Source: a virus. From it: 46,810 nucleotides of DNA. Position numbers and translations under genes: made by a program. Within the stretch, counting starts at the first letter, position 1. Every line of letters begins with the position of its first letter. The stretch lies in the IMG/VR virus record IMGVR_UViG_3300002460_000008; one strand, written 5' to 3'. Shown piece after piece: positions 27,085 to 36,155 of the stretch. The notes beneath the pieces are model-generated. The model did no database searches. It had not been told where the DNA came from and was given only the letters and a program-made list of their open reading frames with translations.

Positions 27085-27576
27085 TTAGGCTGCCCAACCA
27101 ATGTAAGAAGCAAGAACAACAGCGTAAACACGTCCATTAACATCACCAGAAGCATCCTTCAACCCAATAACCTTAACCCTCACGTCGGTAGTATCACCAG
27201 CATCAAACGCCCACGGAGTATCAGACTCAGTAGTACGCTTGATAACGCCGCAACGCAAACCAACATGAGAAGCGCCAACGAGAGTTAAATTACCATCAGC
27301 CGCAAGAACTAAATTACCCTCAAGAATCGTACCTGGAAGTACAGGAGTAAAACTTACTGTCTTGTAACTGCCACCTGAAGGTGTATTATTCTGCCCGGCT
27401 CTTGTAGCAACGCCGTAAATCATGTTTACATCAGCGCCGCCCTCGGCCATTAATCCATTCGCGTTTCTAGTTAAAAGAGCACCAATCTTAAAGGTTGAAG
27501 AATTTGCTTCTAGATTTTCCCATGCGTAAAAAGGCTCAAAAGCTACTTCAATCGCCCTAACTGTCTGCGTAGCCAT
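27085..27576 (-). CDS. Head decoration-like protein candidate (163 aa)
   Basis: Position directly upstream of the capsid gene. Gly/Ala/Val-rich, beta composition. Confidence 0.35.
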   Translation of the reverse strand: MATQTVRAIEVAFEPFYAWENLEANSSTFKIGALLTRNANGLMAEGGADVNMIYGVATRAGQNNTPSGGSYKTVSFTPVLPGTILEGNLVLAADGNLTLVGASHVGLRCGVIKRTTESDTPWAFDAGDTTDVRVKVIGLKDASGDVNGRVYAVVLASYIGWAA

Positions 27577-27592
27577 CTAGTTACTCACCCCC

Positions 27593-28003
27593 TCATTTCA
27601 CCTTTAGAGTTTCTGAAAGTTGCTTTGTCGAGTCGTCAACTTTAAGTCCAGCCGATTCTGCCATACCCTTCCAATTTTCATTCGCCGAAGCGATGCGATT
27701 AGCGTTCTTCCTCTCCTTCATTGCCATAAGCTTCTCATAACGCGCATGGGTTAGACGAGCAAGAACAAGATCGCCATTCACACGCTCACCAACAGCATTT
27801 GGTGGGACAAGAGCCGATTCCTTATGCTTTGCCCCAAGGATTTCATAGCCATATATGGCCTTCATGCGTTCAAGGTTTTCTGGCTTCTTATTTAGCCAAC
27901 AGTAATAATGCTCTTCTCCATCATCATCTTTTTCCTTATTAACAACGTGAAACTGATCAATTTGGTCTAAATCTTCAACTAAGTCAATTAATGGCTTATT
28001 CAC
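27593..28003 (-). CDS. Hypothetical head-module protein (136 aa)
   Basis: ORF track. Confidence 0.5.
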   Translation of the reverse strand: MNKPLIDLVEDLDQIDQFHVVNKEKDDDGEEHYYCWLNKKPENLERMKAIYGYEILGAKHKESALVPPNAVGERVNGDLVLARLTHARYEKLMAMKERKNANRIASANENWKGMAESAGLKVDDSTKQLSETLKVK

Positions 28004-28731
28004 TTTTTCTCCTTCCTATTAGAACCAATTTCAATTTCTTCAGCATGGTCATACTGCTTCCAAAGCTCAGGAGAAATTCCCATCCTTTCAGCGACGGTCC
28101 TTTCATCCTCACTAAGCTCGACCTTCGCGGGTTTTATTATGCCAGAAACTCTTTCTTGCTCAAGCTGAGTTTTTCTGGTTCTTTCGGAACGCTCATTATC
28201 TTGTTGAGTAATCATATCATCAGCATACGATCGAGTAAGTCGCCAAACAGCATCAATTCCCGCCGCTTCTGCAAGAACACGAGGATCAGCCTGAGCTTTC
28301 ACCTTGTCATAATAGGGTTTATACTTAGCAAAAGCCTCTACCCCAACACGATCACGAAGTTTCATTTCTTCAACTTCAATCCTGGCGATAACTGCGTTAG
28401 GATCAGGCTCACTAGTCTTTTGAGCCTTCTCGACTAAAGGAGCTACCTTAGCCTGATAAAATGCACTCATCGCTCTGACAGGATCACGATAGAAGTCATC
28501 CGCTGTAATGTCTAACTCTTTCGTCGGCTCTTCTTTCTTCGGCTCAACCTGCTTATTTTCCCTAACAGAATTTGCAATGTTTTGCATAGATTCAAGAATT
28601 GCCCTATCACGAACCTCAAGCCGCTTCTCAAGCTCTTCCAATAACTCTTGCTTACTTAAAGGCTTGTCAACTTCCTTAGCCGCCTCAATCGCTGCCGCTG
28701 CCGCCGCTGCTTCTTCCTCTGGCGTTGTCAT
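28000..28731 (-). CDS. Scaffolding protein candidate (243 aa)
   Basis: Ala/Glu/Lys-rich helical composition (MTTPEEEAAAAAAAIEAAKE...), located between portal and capsid. Confidence 0.55.
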   Translation of the reverse strand: MTTPEEEAAAAAAAIEAAKEVDKPLSKQELLEELEKRLEVRDRAILESMQNIANSVRENKQVEPKKEEPTKELDITADDFYRDPVRAMSAFYQAKVAPLVEKAQKTSEPDPNAVIARIEVEEMKLRDRVGVEAFAKYKPYYDKVKAQADPRVLAEAAGIDAVWRLTRSYADDMITQQDNERSERTRKTQLEQERVSGIIKPAKVELSEDERTVAERMGISPELWKQYDHAEEIEIGSNRKEKK

Positions 28732-28733
28732 TG

Positions 28734-28955
28734 TTACTCCCCTTTCCCTCTTAGAGTATCAATCTCATCGAGGATTTTGTCCAATAAATTCGCCTGCGCC
28801 GCAATGACTGGCCCATCGGCAGCATTCGCCGGGGTAAGAGCCCTAAAACGGCCTATCAAATTCTGATAAATCGGGTCAATAACCTCCCCTCTTATAATTT
28901 TCCAGGCTTCGCTCTTAACCAAATCGTCAATTAACTGCTTCCTCTCTTCACTCAT
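28734..28955 (-). CDS. Hypothetical protein (73 aa)
   Basis: ORF track; ATGA-type overlap with the portal gene. Confidence 0.5.
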   Translation of the reverse strand: MSEERKQLIDDLVKSEAWKIIRGEVIDPIYQNLIGRFRALTPANAADGPVIAAQANLLDKILDEIDTLRGKGE

Positions 28956-30898
28956 GCAATAGCCACCGATTGTGCGTTAGGATTAGGTTCAGAAACTACT
29001 TCTTGAAGAACCTCCACTGTCGGACCCTGTGGAGGAATCCTTCCAGCAAAACTCTCCATCCCAAGTTGAAAATCTTGTTGAATTTGCATAGGTGAGCCAC
29101 CTTGTCTTACAAAGTCAAGCGCAGCCGCCACGTCAACAAGGAATTCATCAGGGTTGGAAATATCATAGGATTGAACAACTTCTTTGAGAATATTGTAAGA
29201 CGACCTTGCAAGCTCAACAACCATATCTTTAATCTGGTCAGGCATTTGTGGATTAACCATAACTTGCATAGCTATATTAAGAACCTGGCCGTAAAATCCT
29301 GTTATCAAGTTGTGAAGAGCAAGAAGTCCCTGACGTTGACTTTCTTTATTACTCGAAGCGGTAGAAGGATTAACCTGAATAATGAAATTCTTTTCAACTT
29401 CTTCCGGCGACATTGAAAGAATTTCTCTGACATAAATCTCATCTTCAGGAGATAAAATTTCACTTAAGTCAACACGAGGTTTAAATTGTTGATAAAGCTG
29501 AGATATGCGAATGCCAATCTTAGAAAACTCATTTCGCATGAGTCGGATAACCATATCAAAACGACGATTTCCTTCTTGAAGAACAGAAAGAGTTGTCGTC
29601 GCTGCAACACGAGGATTATCAAACTCACGGCCTAATTGGGGATCGGAAATACCACTAAGTCGCTCACCATAATCCCTAAGCAAAGATTCGTGGGTAAAAG
29701 ACGAGGGAGAAACATCACCGAGCTTTTCAGGAATTAAATCACTATCAGGATTATCAAGCAGCATCATCTTTCCGGGCCAAATCTGTTCACCCTTCTTAAT
29801 TCCTGAACCCTTACGACCCTTCCAGAATCTTGTGTTAGCAATAGTAATATTATCAGCGCGTTGATTAATAAAGCTGGTAATAGCTTCCTGAATCTGCCAA
29901 AGAAGCTGCGCTAACCCTTCGCCAGAAGAACGATTATCACTATCCCGATAATAATAAAGGCACTCAACTGGCCGTTGCCCATGAAAGAAGAAATTAGAAG
30001 TTACACGAATAGGCAAACCACTTTCATAATCCCAAAGAGCAGTTAATTCTTCACGAAATCCATCATCATCAATATCAAAGGAAACATGAGTTTCATAAAG
30101 AGTAATAACTCGAGTCTCAGCCCAAGCAAGTTTCCGAAGGGCATCCGACTCCTGCATATCTTCTGGAAGTGCCTTTAAGCAATTCTCTACAATTTTCTTC
30201 CCATTACTCGCTAAACCATTCTTCTCCCGTTCTAAAATATCTCCGGCTCGCATGAAAACACGATGAGAATTCCACGGCTTTTCATTCGCCGGCTCTATTC
30301 CCCACGGTTCCAACCAATTTTCAAGTTGAATTGGTGTAGCACAAGGTTGATCCTTCAACTTTTTAATAAGCGAAACTCGTTTCTTAGTTTTTGTATCGTA
30401 GGTTAAAATCTTCTTAATAACTTCAACCCAATGAATCTTAACAGGACACTTACCGAAATAAACTACCTGATCTGAAATTTGTTCAACAACATTTGGCAAA
30501 TCTAAATCATTCTTCCTAGCCCACTCAAGAAACTTCTCCCACGGTTTCGCGTAGGCTGTGTAAGTGCTGGATGTAGCAGTTACCATCCAAAAGGGCTGCG
30601 GCCCAAGAAGTGTGTTAACAATGCGAGCCTTTACAGCATCGCCCGCAATTCTGATAATTGGAGCAACAAAATTTGACGCCCCAGGCCACGGAAAAGTTTT
30701 CACCTTAATCGCCGGCTTCGCTTTAATCGCTCGACGAAGTAGCCTTAACTCTTGAAAATACTCATCATACGCCGCAATTGCCATGCGGTGCTCTTCAATT
30801 AAATAGGCCATAAGCCGTTTGACAGGTTCACTCTCGGGATCAAATGGCTTATAAAAAGCCTCTTCAACCATAAATTCTTCTTTTAACTTACGAGCCAT
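28952..30898 (-). CDS. Portal protein candidate (648 aa)
   Basis: Size and position downstream of the large terminase. No motif verified. Confidence 0.6.
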   Translation of the reverse strand: MARKLKEEFMVEEAFYKPFDPESEPVKRLMAYLIEEHRMAIAAYDEYFQELRLLRRAIKAKPAIKVKTFPWPGASNFVAPIIRIAGDAVKARIVNTLLGPQPFWMVTATSSTYTAYAKPWEKFLEWARKNDLDLPNVVEQISDQVVYFGKCPVKIHWVEVIKKILTYDTKTKKRVSLIKKLKDQPCATPIQLENWLEPWGIEPANEKPWNSHRVFMRAGDILEREKNGLASNGKKIVENCLKALPEDMQESDALRKLAWAETRVITLYETHVSFDIDDDGFREELTALWDYESGLPIRVTSNFFFHGQRPVECLYYYRDSDNRSSGEGLAQLLWQIQEAITSFINQRADNITIANTRFWKGRKGSGIKKGEQIWPGKMMLLDNPDSDLIPEKLGDVSPSSFTHESLLRDYGERLSGISDPQLGREFDNPRVAATTTLSVLQEGNRRFDMVIRLMRNEFSKIGIRISQLYQQFKPRVDLSEILSPEDEIYVREILSMSPEEVEKNFIIQVNPSTASSNKESQRQGLLALHNLITGFYGQVLNIAMQVMVNPQMPDQIKDMVVELARSSYNILKEVVQSYDISNPDEFLVDVAAALDFVRQGGSPMQIQQDFQLGMESFAGRIPPQGPTVEVLQEVVSEPNPNAQSVAIA

Positions 30899-31074
30899 TA
30901 CCTTCCCTTAACCCGGATATATTTTCCTGTATCTGTTAAACGCCCTGAACGGTACATTCCGGCAGCCGCGCCTATTGCCTGCTCACGGGATTTTCCTTCT
31001 TTCATCATGTGCGCAGCCTTGACAAACACTTGTCGAGGAAGCCTCCGCGATGCTGATTTAGCTCCGCCAGCCAT
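30898..31074 (-). CDS. Small basic protein (58 aa)
   Basis: Hand translation: MAGGAKSASRRLPRQVFVKAAHMMKEGKSREQAIGAAAGMYRSGRLTDTGKYIRVKGR. TAATG overlaps on both sides. Confidence 0.4.
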   Translation of the reverse strand: MAGGAKSASRRLPRQVFVKAAHMMKEGKSREQAIGAAAGMYRSGRLTDTGKYIRVKGR

Positions 31075-31469
31075 TAATAACCCCTCCCTACGCTCTGTTG
31101 ATTTCCATACATCATTGGTCCCAACATCTGAATTAAATGAATAAAATTTTCAAGACTCGGCTGCGCCCCTGGCATTCCCATCCCACTACCCATTCCAGCA
31201 CTACCCTGACGAGGCATCATCGGTGGCATCATAATACGAGAGCCACCAGTTTGGAAAGTTTTTGGCAAATCTTCTTTAGCCTGACCGCCCTGATTCAGAG
31301 CACTCATAGCTTTAAGGATTCCACCCCAATCCACCCCTCCTGATTGCCACCCACCATAAGTTGAAGAGGTTCCAGTATTTGCTGCTTGACGTGAGGCAAC
31401 GTCGGGATACGCACTCATGTAATCTTGATTTGACCATTGAGGAGACATTTCCATATCGCCATAAGGCAT
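31074..31469 (-). CDS. Low-complexity Gly/Met/Gln/Pro-rich protein (131 aa)
   Basis: ORF track; MMPPMMPRQGSAGMGSGMGMPGAQP. Confidence 0.5.
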   Translation of the reverse strand: MPYGDMEMSPQWSNQDYMSAYPDVASRQAANTGTSSTYGGWQSGGVDWGGILKAMSALNQGGQAKEDLPKTFQTGGSRIMMPPMMPRQGSAGMGSGMGMPGAQPSLENFIHLIQMLGPMMYGNQQSVGRGY

Positions 31470-31921
31470 TACTTTTTATCTCCTAAAAGGATTCTAAAAA
31501 GATTATCATTCAAATCTTGATACATCCCTTCTTCATCCTTCCACCACCGCGCTCCACAACGCTTTCCCCCTAAATCACGAATGTCAAGATGTAATCCCGG
31601 GTTTTTCCAAAAAGGATATACACCAATTCCAGTGAAAGGGAATCGTTCAGCAGCCATAAACTGATCGAATAAAGCAACACCACGAAAATCAATATCAACA
31701 GCCTTCCCGTCATAATGTTGACTATCTTTCGTATGCCCCGATGCCTCGTAAGCTACATGAACAATCGCCGGAGCACCTAAATACCCTTTCTTAATAAAAC
31801 TCGCAAGCTCATCAACAAGTTTGACCAACTCAAAATCAACTTTTCTAAAATCGGTGAGCCATTCTTTAGGATCGAAGTTTTTAATCTGTAATTTCCAATC
31901 CATAGGAATTGGGCCAGGCAT
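31469..31921 (-). CDS. Peptidase M15-family (VanY/hedgehog-type zinc) cell-wall hydrolase, endolysin candidate
   Basis: SGHTKDSQHYDGKAVDI (SxHxxGxAxD zinc motif) and a downstream GLHLD. Confidence 0.7.
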   Translation of the reverse strand: MPGPIPMDWKLQIKNFDPKEWLTDFRKVDFELVKLVDELASFIKKGYLGAPAIVHVAYEASGHTKDSQHYDGKAVDIDFRGVALFDQFMAAERFPFTGIGVYPFWKNPGLHLDIRDLGGKRCGARWWKDEEGMYQDLNDNLFRILLGDKK

Positions 31922-31964
31922 TAATATTCCCGCCTAATCTCACTTAATTCACTTCTATTCATAG

Positions 31965-34256
31965 CTAATACCCACTAACGGGGTTTCTACCCCTAAGAAA
32001 TACGTCCATATCAAAACTATGCTGAACCGCCTCGATTCTATCCTCTTCTGGAACGAATTCCTCTTCAATTTCGGGATAATTAAACCTGACGCAACGGGGA
32101 AAGTAAGAAAAAGCGTCAATTAAGTCATCATGCTTCCCAAGGGGGAAGTCAGAATAGTCATTTACAAAATCCGTCATGCTTTCACGAATGAAAACCATAT
32201 TCTGTTGGAAATACTGTGACACCATCCTAATTCGTTGCTCTTTTGTTTGCTTATTCCCGGCTTTTACCGGCAAAACCTGAATATACTGCCCCGTTTCCTT
32301 CCTATACTCTTCGAGAGAATACTGAATCAACTTTTGTTGAGCAGAATCTTCGTAGTAAATCGCTCGAACACGCCAACGAGCAGCAAATTTGAAAATTTGC
32401 TCAATAAGTTGACGGGTTTGTACACGTCCACGCCATGCTTCAAGCAACATCACACGTCGAGACTCATCAACACCAACAACGACAACAGCAGAATAATCCG
32501 CTTCACGTCGAACACTCGTTGCGATGTCAACAATCGCAACCCGATCCATTTCGAGAGGATCGACAACACGGCCATCATCAAGAATTAACTTCCCTTTATC
32601 GCCAAAGCGGTAATACCGGAGCCAATCTCGATTGAAGTCGTTGATTCCAACACCGCGAGGGGCGTTGAGATAGAGGCAATTTTTAGAAGCATAACCCCAA
32701 CATATATAGTTTCCTGTTTCAGTTTGTAAAGAGTAAACAACCTCGATACCATCATCTTCAATCTTAATTACTTCATCCTGTTCTTTAACCCATCGACCGC
32801 AAAGGAGTGAATTTATAATTTTCTGCTTTTTAATAGGGTTTATTTGGAGTAAAAACCTCCGTCGCTCTTCCCATAAGCAGCCAAAAACAAACATCTCATC
32901 ATTTTTGGCTGTATTAAAATAGTAACCATGAACCTTTAATTGAAACTCTATTTCATCCCAAATAAGGGGATTATATGATCTTTTTTGGGCAATAGTAAGA
33001 TGCCTAGTACAAGACCCTTCACCATCATAAATTCCCGCTAACCACTTCCCATCAGTATCGGTAGCATCAACATGTGGATCGCAAACGAACATCATCTTTC
33101 GACCTATCTTTGGAGGAAGATAAGTTGAATGCTTTTCACTTGGCCAACGACCGGTGAACCAACGATGGTCGGGAGTACATCGAACAACCCGACCCGATCT
33201 CAAAGTAACCTTCACAACCGGGGCAATTCGACTCCCGATATGAACAACACGAGTCAAAGCTAACTTTGAGCGGCCTAAAATTCCAGATTCGGTAAACCCA
33301 ATCACTTCATCACCAACTCGAACATCTTCAATGGGCTTCGATTGAAAGTCGCCCATTAAGATAGGAGCACCCTTCGGATTACATGCAAACATATAATCGC
33401 CGAGTTTCACTCGAAGTCGAGCGAGTTCAGCGAAGTTGAATCGTTCCGGGAAAATCGGTTGGTCATCCTCCAGCGCCGAACGGATGTGTCGAGCGTAACC
33501 AAGCGGATTCGTTGCCGAAATCTCACCTTCACTCTCTTCGATGCTTGAGTAAAGGTCGGAAAACGCCCATCTCGTTCCAATCACGACCAATTCATCTCGT
33601 CCCGGTACTTCGAGAAGCGACTCAGTATATTTATACCACTCTATCGCCTTCCTCATCAACTCCGGAGATGCCGCATGTTGATCGTTAATCAAGTCATCAA
33701 GAATGATCCGAGTAAAGTGACGACCAACAACCGCACCACCTACACCTATCGTCGAAAAAGTTGGCTCGGGATAATCGTTCTTACGGGGTAACGTCGCCGA
33801 TCCAATATTCCAGGTAATATGTCGAGAAGCGAAATCAGGAATTATCTCGGGAAATAACCACTGAAATAAAGCATTACGCTCAAAAATTGCCTTAATCTTC
33901 GACAGGAAATGCTCAGAGTTTGTCGCCGTAGCATTTGCAATAAGAATTCTTTCATCAGAACCACGAAAACGGTCATTTGGCTCTTGAATTACTAGCCAAA
34001 CAGGATACCCTATCGTCGCCAAATGGCTCTTGAAGAAACCACGAGGAAGCATAAACAACTTCCTCACATGAGCCTGTTCCTGAATGAAGTTACACGCCCT
34101 CAAGTGAACGCCCGGAGTAAAATCCTTAAAGCCAAGAACAGCTTTACAGAGAAAATACAACGATCCCCGGCAACGCGCACGAAGAAATTGGCGTTGTTCT
34201 TCGTTCGTATTATCAACGACTAACGAACCTGGAGAAGTTGTAGTTCCGTTTGTCAT
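31965..34256 (-). CDS. terL: Terminase large subunit, interrupted in frame by an intein
   Basis: ATPase motifs: PRGFFKSH, RIILDDLIND, IGTRW. Nuclease motifs: AIVDIATS, YYEDSAQQ, GKHDDLIDAF. Removing residues 292-526 rejoins DYMFA to CLYLNAP. Confidence 0.9.
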   Translation of the reverse strand: MTNGTTTSPGSLVVDNTNEEQRQFLRARCRGSLYFLCKAVLGFKDFTPGVHLRACNFIQEQAHVRKLFMLPRGFFKSHLATIGYPVWLVIQEPNDRFRGSDERILIANATATNSEHFLSKIKAIFERNALFQWLFPEIIPDFASRHITWNIGSATLPRKNDYPEPTFSTIGVGGAVVGRHFTRIILDDLINDQHAASPELMRKAIEWYKYTESLLEVPGRDELVVIGTRWAFSDLYSSIEESEGEISATNPLGYARHIRSALEDDQPIFPERFNFAELARLRVKLGDYMFACNPKGAPILMGDFQSKPIEDVRVGDEVIGFTESGILGRSKLALTRVVHIGSRIAPVVKVTLRSGRVVRCTPDHRWFTGRWPSEKHSTYLPPKIGRKMMFVCDPHVDATDTDGKWLAGIYDGEGSCTRHLTIAQKRSYNPLIWDEIEFQLKVHGYYFNTAKNDEMFVFGCLWEERRRFLLQINPIKKQKIINSLLCGRWVKEQDEVIKIEDDGIEVVYSLQTETGNYICWGYASKNCLYLNAPRGVGINDFNRDWLRYYRFGDKGKLILDDGRVVDPLEMDRVAIVDIATSVRREADYSAVVVVGVDESRRVMLLEAWRGRVQTRQLIEQIFKFAARWRVRAIYYEDSAQQKLIQYSLEEYRKETGQYIQVLPVKAGNKQTKEQRIRMVSQYFQQNMVFIRESMTDFVNDYSDFPLGKHDDLIDAFSYFPRCVRFNYPEIEEEFVPEEDRIEAVQHSFDMDVFLRGRNPVSGY
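32679..33383 (-). mobile_element. Intein (235 aa) with a LAGLIDADG-like endonuclease insert
   Basis: Cys1 (CNPKGAPILMGDF...), block B TPDH, block F/G VVYSLQTETGNYICWGYASKN followed by +1 Cys. Internal WLAGIYDGEGS motif. Confidence 0.85.
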
Positions 34257-34379
34257 CCGCCGTCACGTGTAAAGTCAAAAGCAGGAAAAGTCAAAATCAA
34301 CTTCGCTCTTAGCAAAAAGCAAAAGCAACTGCCCGGCAGAGAACCGGCGTGGTTTTTTATGAAACCGCTTGGCTGATGA

Positions 34380-34808
34380 TTATGGCGCTGCATCAATCAC
34401 GTTCCCATTAATTTCCTTGAGAACCTGACTAAACCAGTCACGAGTATCTTCATCAATCCCGTTAACGGAGTTGTTCTCAACGAGAACCCTCCGCCGGGGC
34501 TCAAGCCCTGAAACCCTGATTAAGTCGTTCGATAAGAGCCTTTTTAAGTTATGGTCAGTGATTGTCCCATCGTCCAGCATTTCAACGAGTTTCTTGAGTC
34601 CCTTCTCTGCGCCGTTAAAGGCGTTTTCCTTAAACTCGACAACGCGGCCGGCAAGTTTTTCTAGCCGCTCTTGCATTGCTGCTTTAACATCAGGCTTCGT
34701 GAGGACTCTGGTAATAGCTTGATGCTTTACATCGTAATCCCTTGCAATCTGCCCGACATTCCTCCCTGCCATGAAGGAGTTAAGAATTTCAAGATCGCGG
34801 ATGTTCAT
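34380..34808 (-). CDS. terS: Terminase small subunit candidate (HTH)
   Basis: Lies immediately upstream of terL. HTH-like GRNVGQIARDYDVKHQAITRVL. Start set to the ATG at 34808, which overlaps the upstream stop (ATGA). Confidence 0.55.
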   Translation of the reverse strand: MNIRDLEILNSFMAGRNVGQIARDYDVKHQAITRVLTKPDVKAAMQERLEKLAGRVVEFKENAFNGAEKGLKKLVEMLDDGTITDHNLKRLLSNDLIRVSGLEPRRRVLVENNSVNGIDEDTRDWFSQVLKEINGNVIDAAP

Positions 34809-34948
34809 TTTAAAAAAATCCTGAATAACCAAATTGTGAAGAGAGAAATACCGAATAAAATGACAATGATAGAGAATCCAACGATGGAGCGAAGATCACT
34901 TCGATCGCTGTCAAAATCCCCCTCTACGTCTCTCTTAATTTCTGTCAT
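34805..34948 (-). CDS. Small membrane protein (47 aa)
   Basis: Hand translation: MTEIKRDVEGDFDSDRSDLRSIVGFSIIVILFGISLFTIWLFRIFLK. Confidence 0.4.
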   Translation of the reverse strand: MTEIKRDVEGDFDSDRSDLRSIVGFSIIVILFGISLFTIWLFRIFLK

Positions 34949-34958
34949 CAACCTCATT

Positions 34959-35168
34959 CTACCCTCCCCCCTCCGGAACCCGGTCTAACTTGTCGAGGGC
35001 TGCCCGGAGGGCTGGGAGCCCCCGATGAGCCGGCATTGCCTCTTCTAGCCACTTAAACTCATTAAGCAAACTTTCCCTTGTATGCTGCTCTGGAAAACCA
35101 GAACAACTCATGCAATGCCCATTAATGGCTCTTACGCAACCACAAAGTTTATATTCGTGATTTTTCAC
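34959..35168 (-). CDS. Cys-rich protein (69 aa), C-terminal part GC-rich
   Basis: ORF track (GTG start); CGC...HCMSC. Confidence 0.5.
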   Translation of the reverse strand: MKNHEYKLCGCVRAINGHCMSCSGFPEQHTRESLLNEFKWLEEAMPAHRGLPALRAALDKLDRVPEGGG

Positions 35169-35203
35169 TTAAGCCCCCTTTCCGGCCGAAAGCCGGCAAT
35201 TGG

Positions 35204-35740
35204 CTAGCTGAACCTGGGCGTGAGGGCCAAAGCGGGCTCCCCCCCGCCATCTACCCCCTCGAACCCCCTAGGTCGAAGGCTCGCGGCCAGGCGAAAGCAC
35301 CCAATTGCGTCGTCCAGAGCCGTGTGGAATTTCAAGTCCGCCGTAGACACACCCGCCGCCCGGCAGGCATCCTGCAAATTGCGACCTCTTGCAGCGCGCA
35401 TTGTGTCGAAAGTCCTTCTGTAAGGAAGGCGCAGCCCTTCCCGGCTGAGTTCTTCTTGGAGGAACCTCGCATCAAACTTATAATTATGCGCCACGTACTC
35501 GTCAGCGTACAGAAGAAGCATGAAGAATATTGGGAGAATCTCGTGAAACGTAGGTGCGTCTTTGAGTATAAAGCTGTTAAGTCCATTGTGGCTATTCTCA
35601 AAATCCATTTGGGGGTTAATGTAGGTACGGAGGGCGCAGTAGATTTCTTTCCAGTCAGTTAAGACTACGCCGATCTCGCAGACTCGGTCGTGGACTGGTG
35701 AAAGCCCTGTGGTTTCTGTGTCAAGTATCAGTGATAACAT
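35204..35740 (-). CDS. DnaQ-like DEDDh 3'-5' exonuclease
   Basis: ExoI LDTETTGL, ExoII VAHNYKFDARFL, ExoIII HTALDDA. Confidence 0.85.
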   Translation of the reverse strand: MLSLILDTETTGLSPVHDRVCEIGVVLTDWKEIYCALRTYINPQMDFENSHNGLNSFILKDAPTFHEILPIFFMLLLYADEYVAHNYKFDARFLQEELSREGLRLPYRRTFDTMRAARGRNLQDACRAAGVSTADLKFHTALDDAIGCFRLAASLRPRGFEGVDGGGEPALALTPRFS

Positions 35741-36020
35741 CTAGCTGCTCATTAACTTGATTTATAATCCTTGCCAAACTATCTATTAAAACTTCATCTT
35801 TTCCGAGACTTGAATATCCTGCGTCATTTAAATGAGTGTGCATAATTTCATGCCAAAATGTATCTCTCAATCTTTCGGCTGAGGAATTTTTGGCAAGTTT
35901 CAGAGTTTGCTTAGAAGTTGAGGAACGCCCAAACCATTCATCTTGTCCATCTTCATCCAACTCTTTTATCTCATAAACAAGATTGCCGATTTTAATTCTT
36001 CCTGGAACTTTAATAATCAT
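35721..36020 (-). CDS. Small HExxH protein (putative zinc metallopeptidase)
   Basis: FWHEIMHTHL motif. Start set to the ATG at 36020 (ATGA overlap with the upstream mini-ORF). Confidence 0.45.
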   Translation of the reverse strand: MIIKVPGRIKIGNLVYEIKELDEDGQDEWFGRSSTSKQTLKLAKNSSAERLRDTFWHEIMHTHLNDAGYSSLGKDEVLIDSLARIINQVNEQLDVITDT

Positions 36021-36130
36021 TCCTCTCTCCACCCACACCCACCATTATCCAACTTACATTCGTACTTATCCGTCGGCAACGCCTTGTAAGTCATCCGCCC
36101 GCAACGTGGGCACTTGAATGTCCAAACCAT
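36017..36130 (-). CDS. Zinc-ribbon mini-protein (37 aa)
   Basis: Hand translation: MVWTFKCPRCGRMTYKALPTDKYECKLDNGGCGWREE. Confidence 0.45.
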   Translation of the reverse strand: MVWTFKCPRCGRMTYKALPTDKYECKLDNGGCGWREE

Positions 36131-36155
36131 TTTGTGCTTATACCCGAATGTCATG

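Noticed and set aside
27991-28437. 148-aa plus-strand ORF antisense to the scaffold gene. Similar long antisense ORFs occur at 24122..24499, 36263..36580, 45725..46180, 12740..13078, 5879..6181, 32235..32588 and 21754..22077.
   Set aside because: Each lies wholly inside a better-supported gene on the other strand. They have low-complexity or Ser/Leu/Phe-rich products typical of antisense frames and no SD. I treat them as frame shadows.
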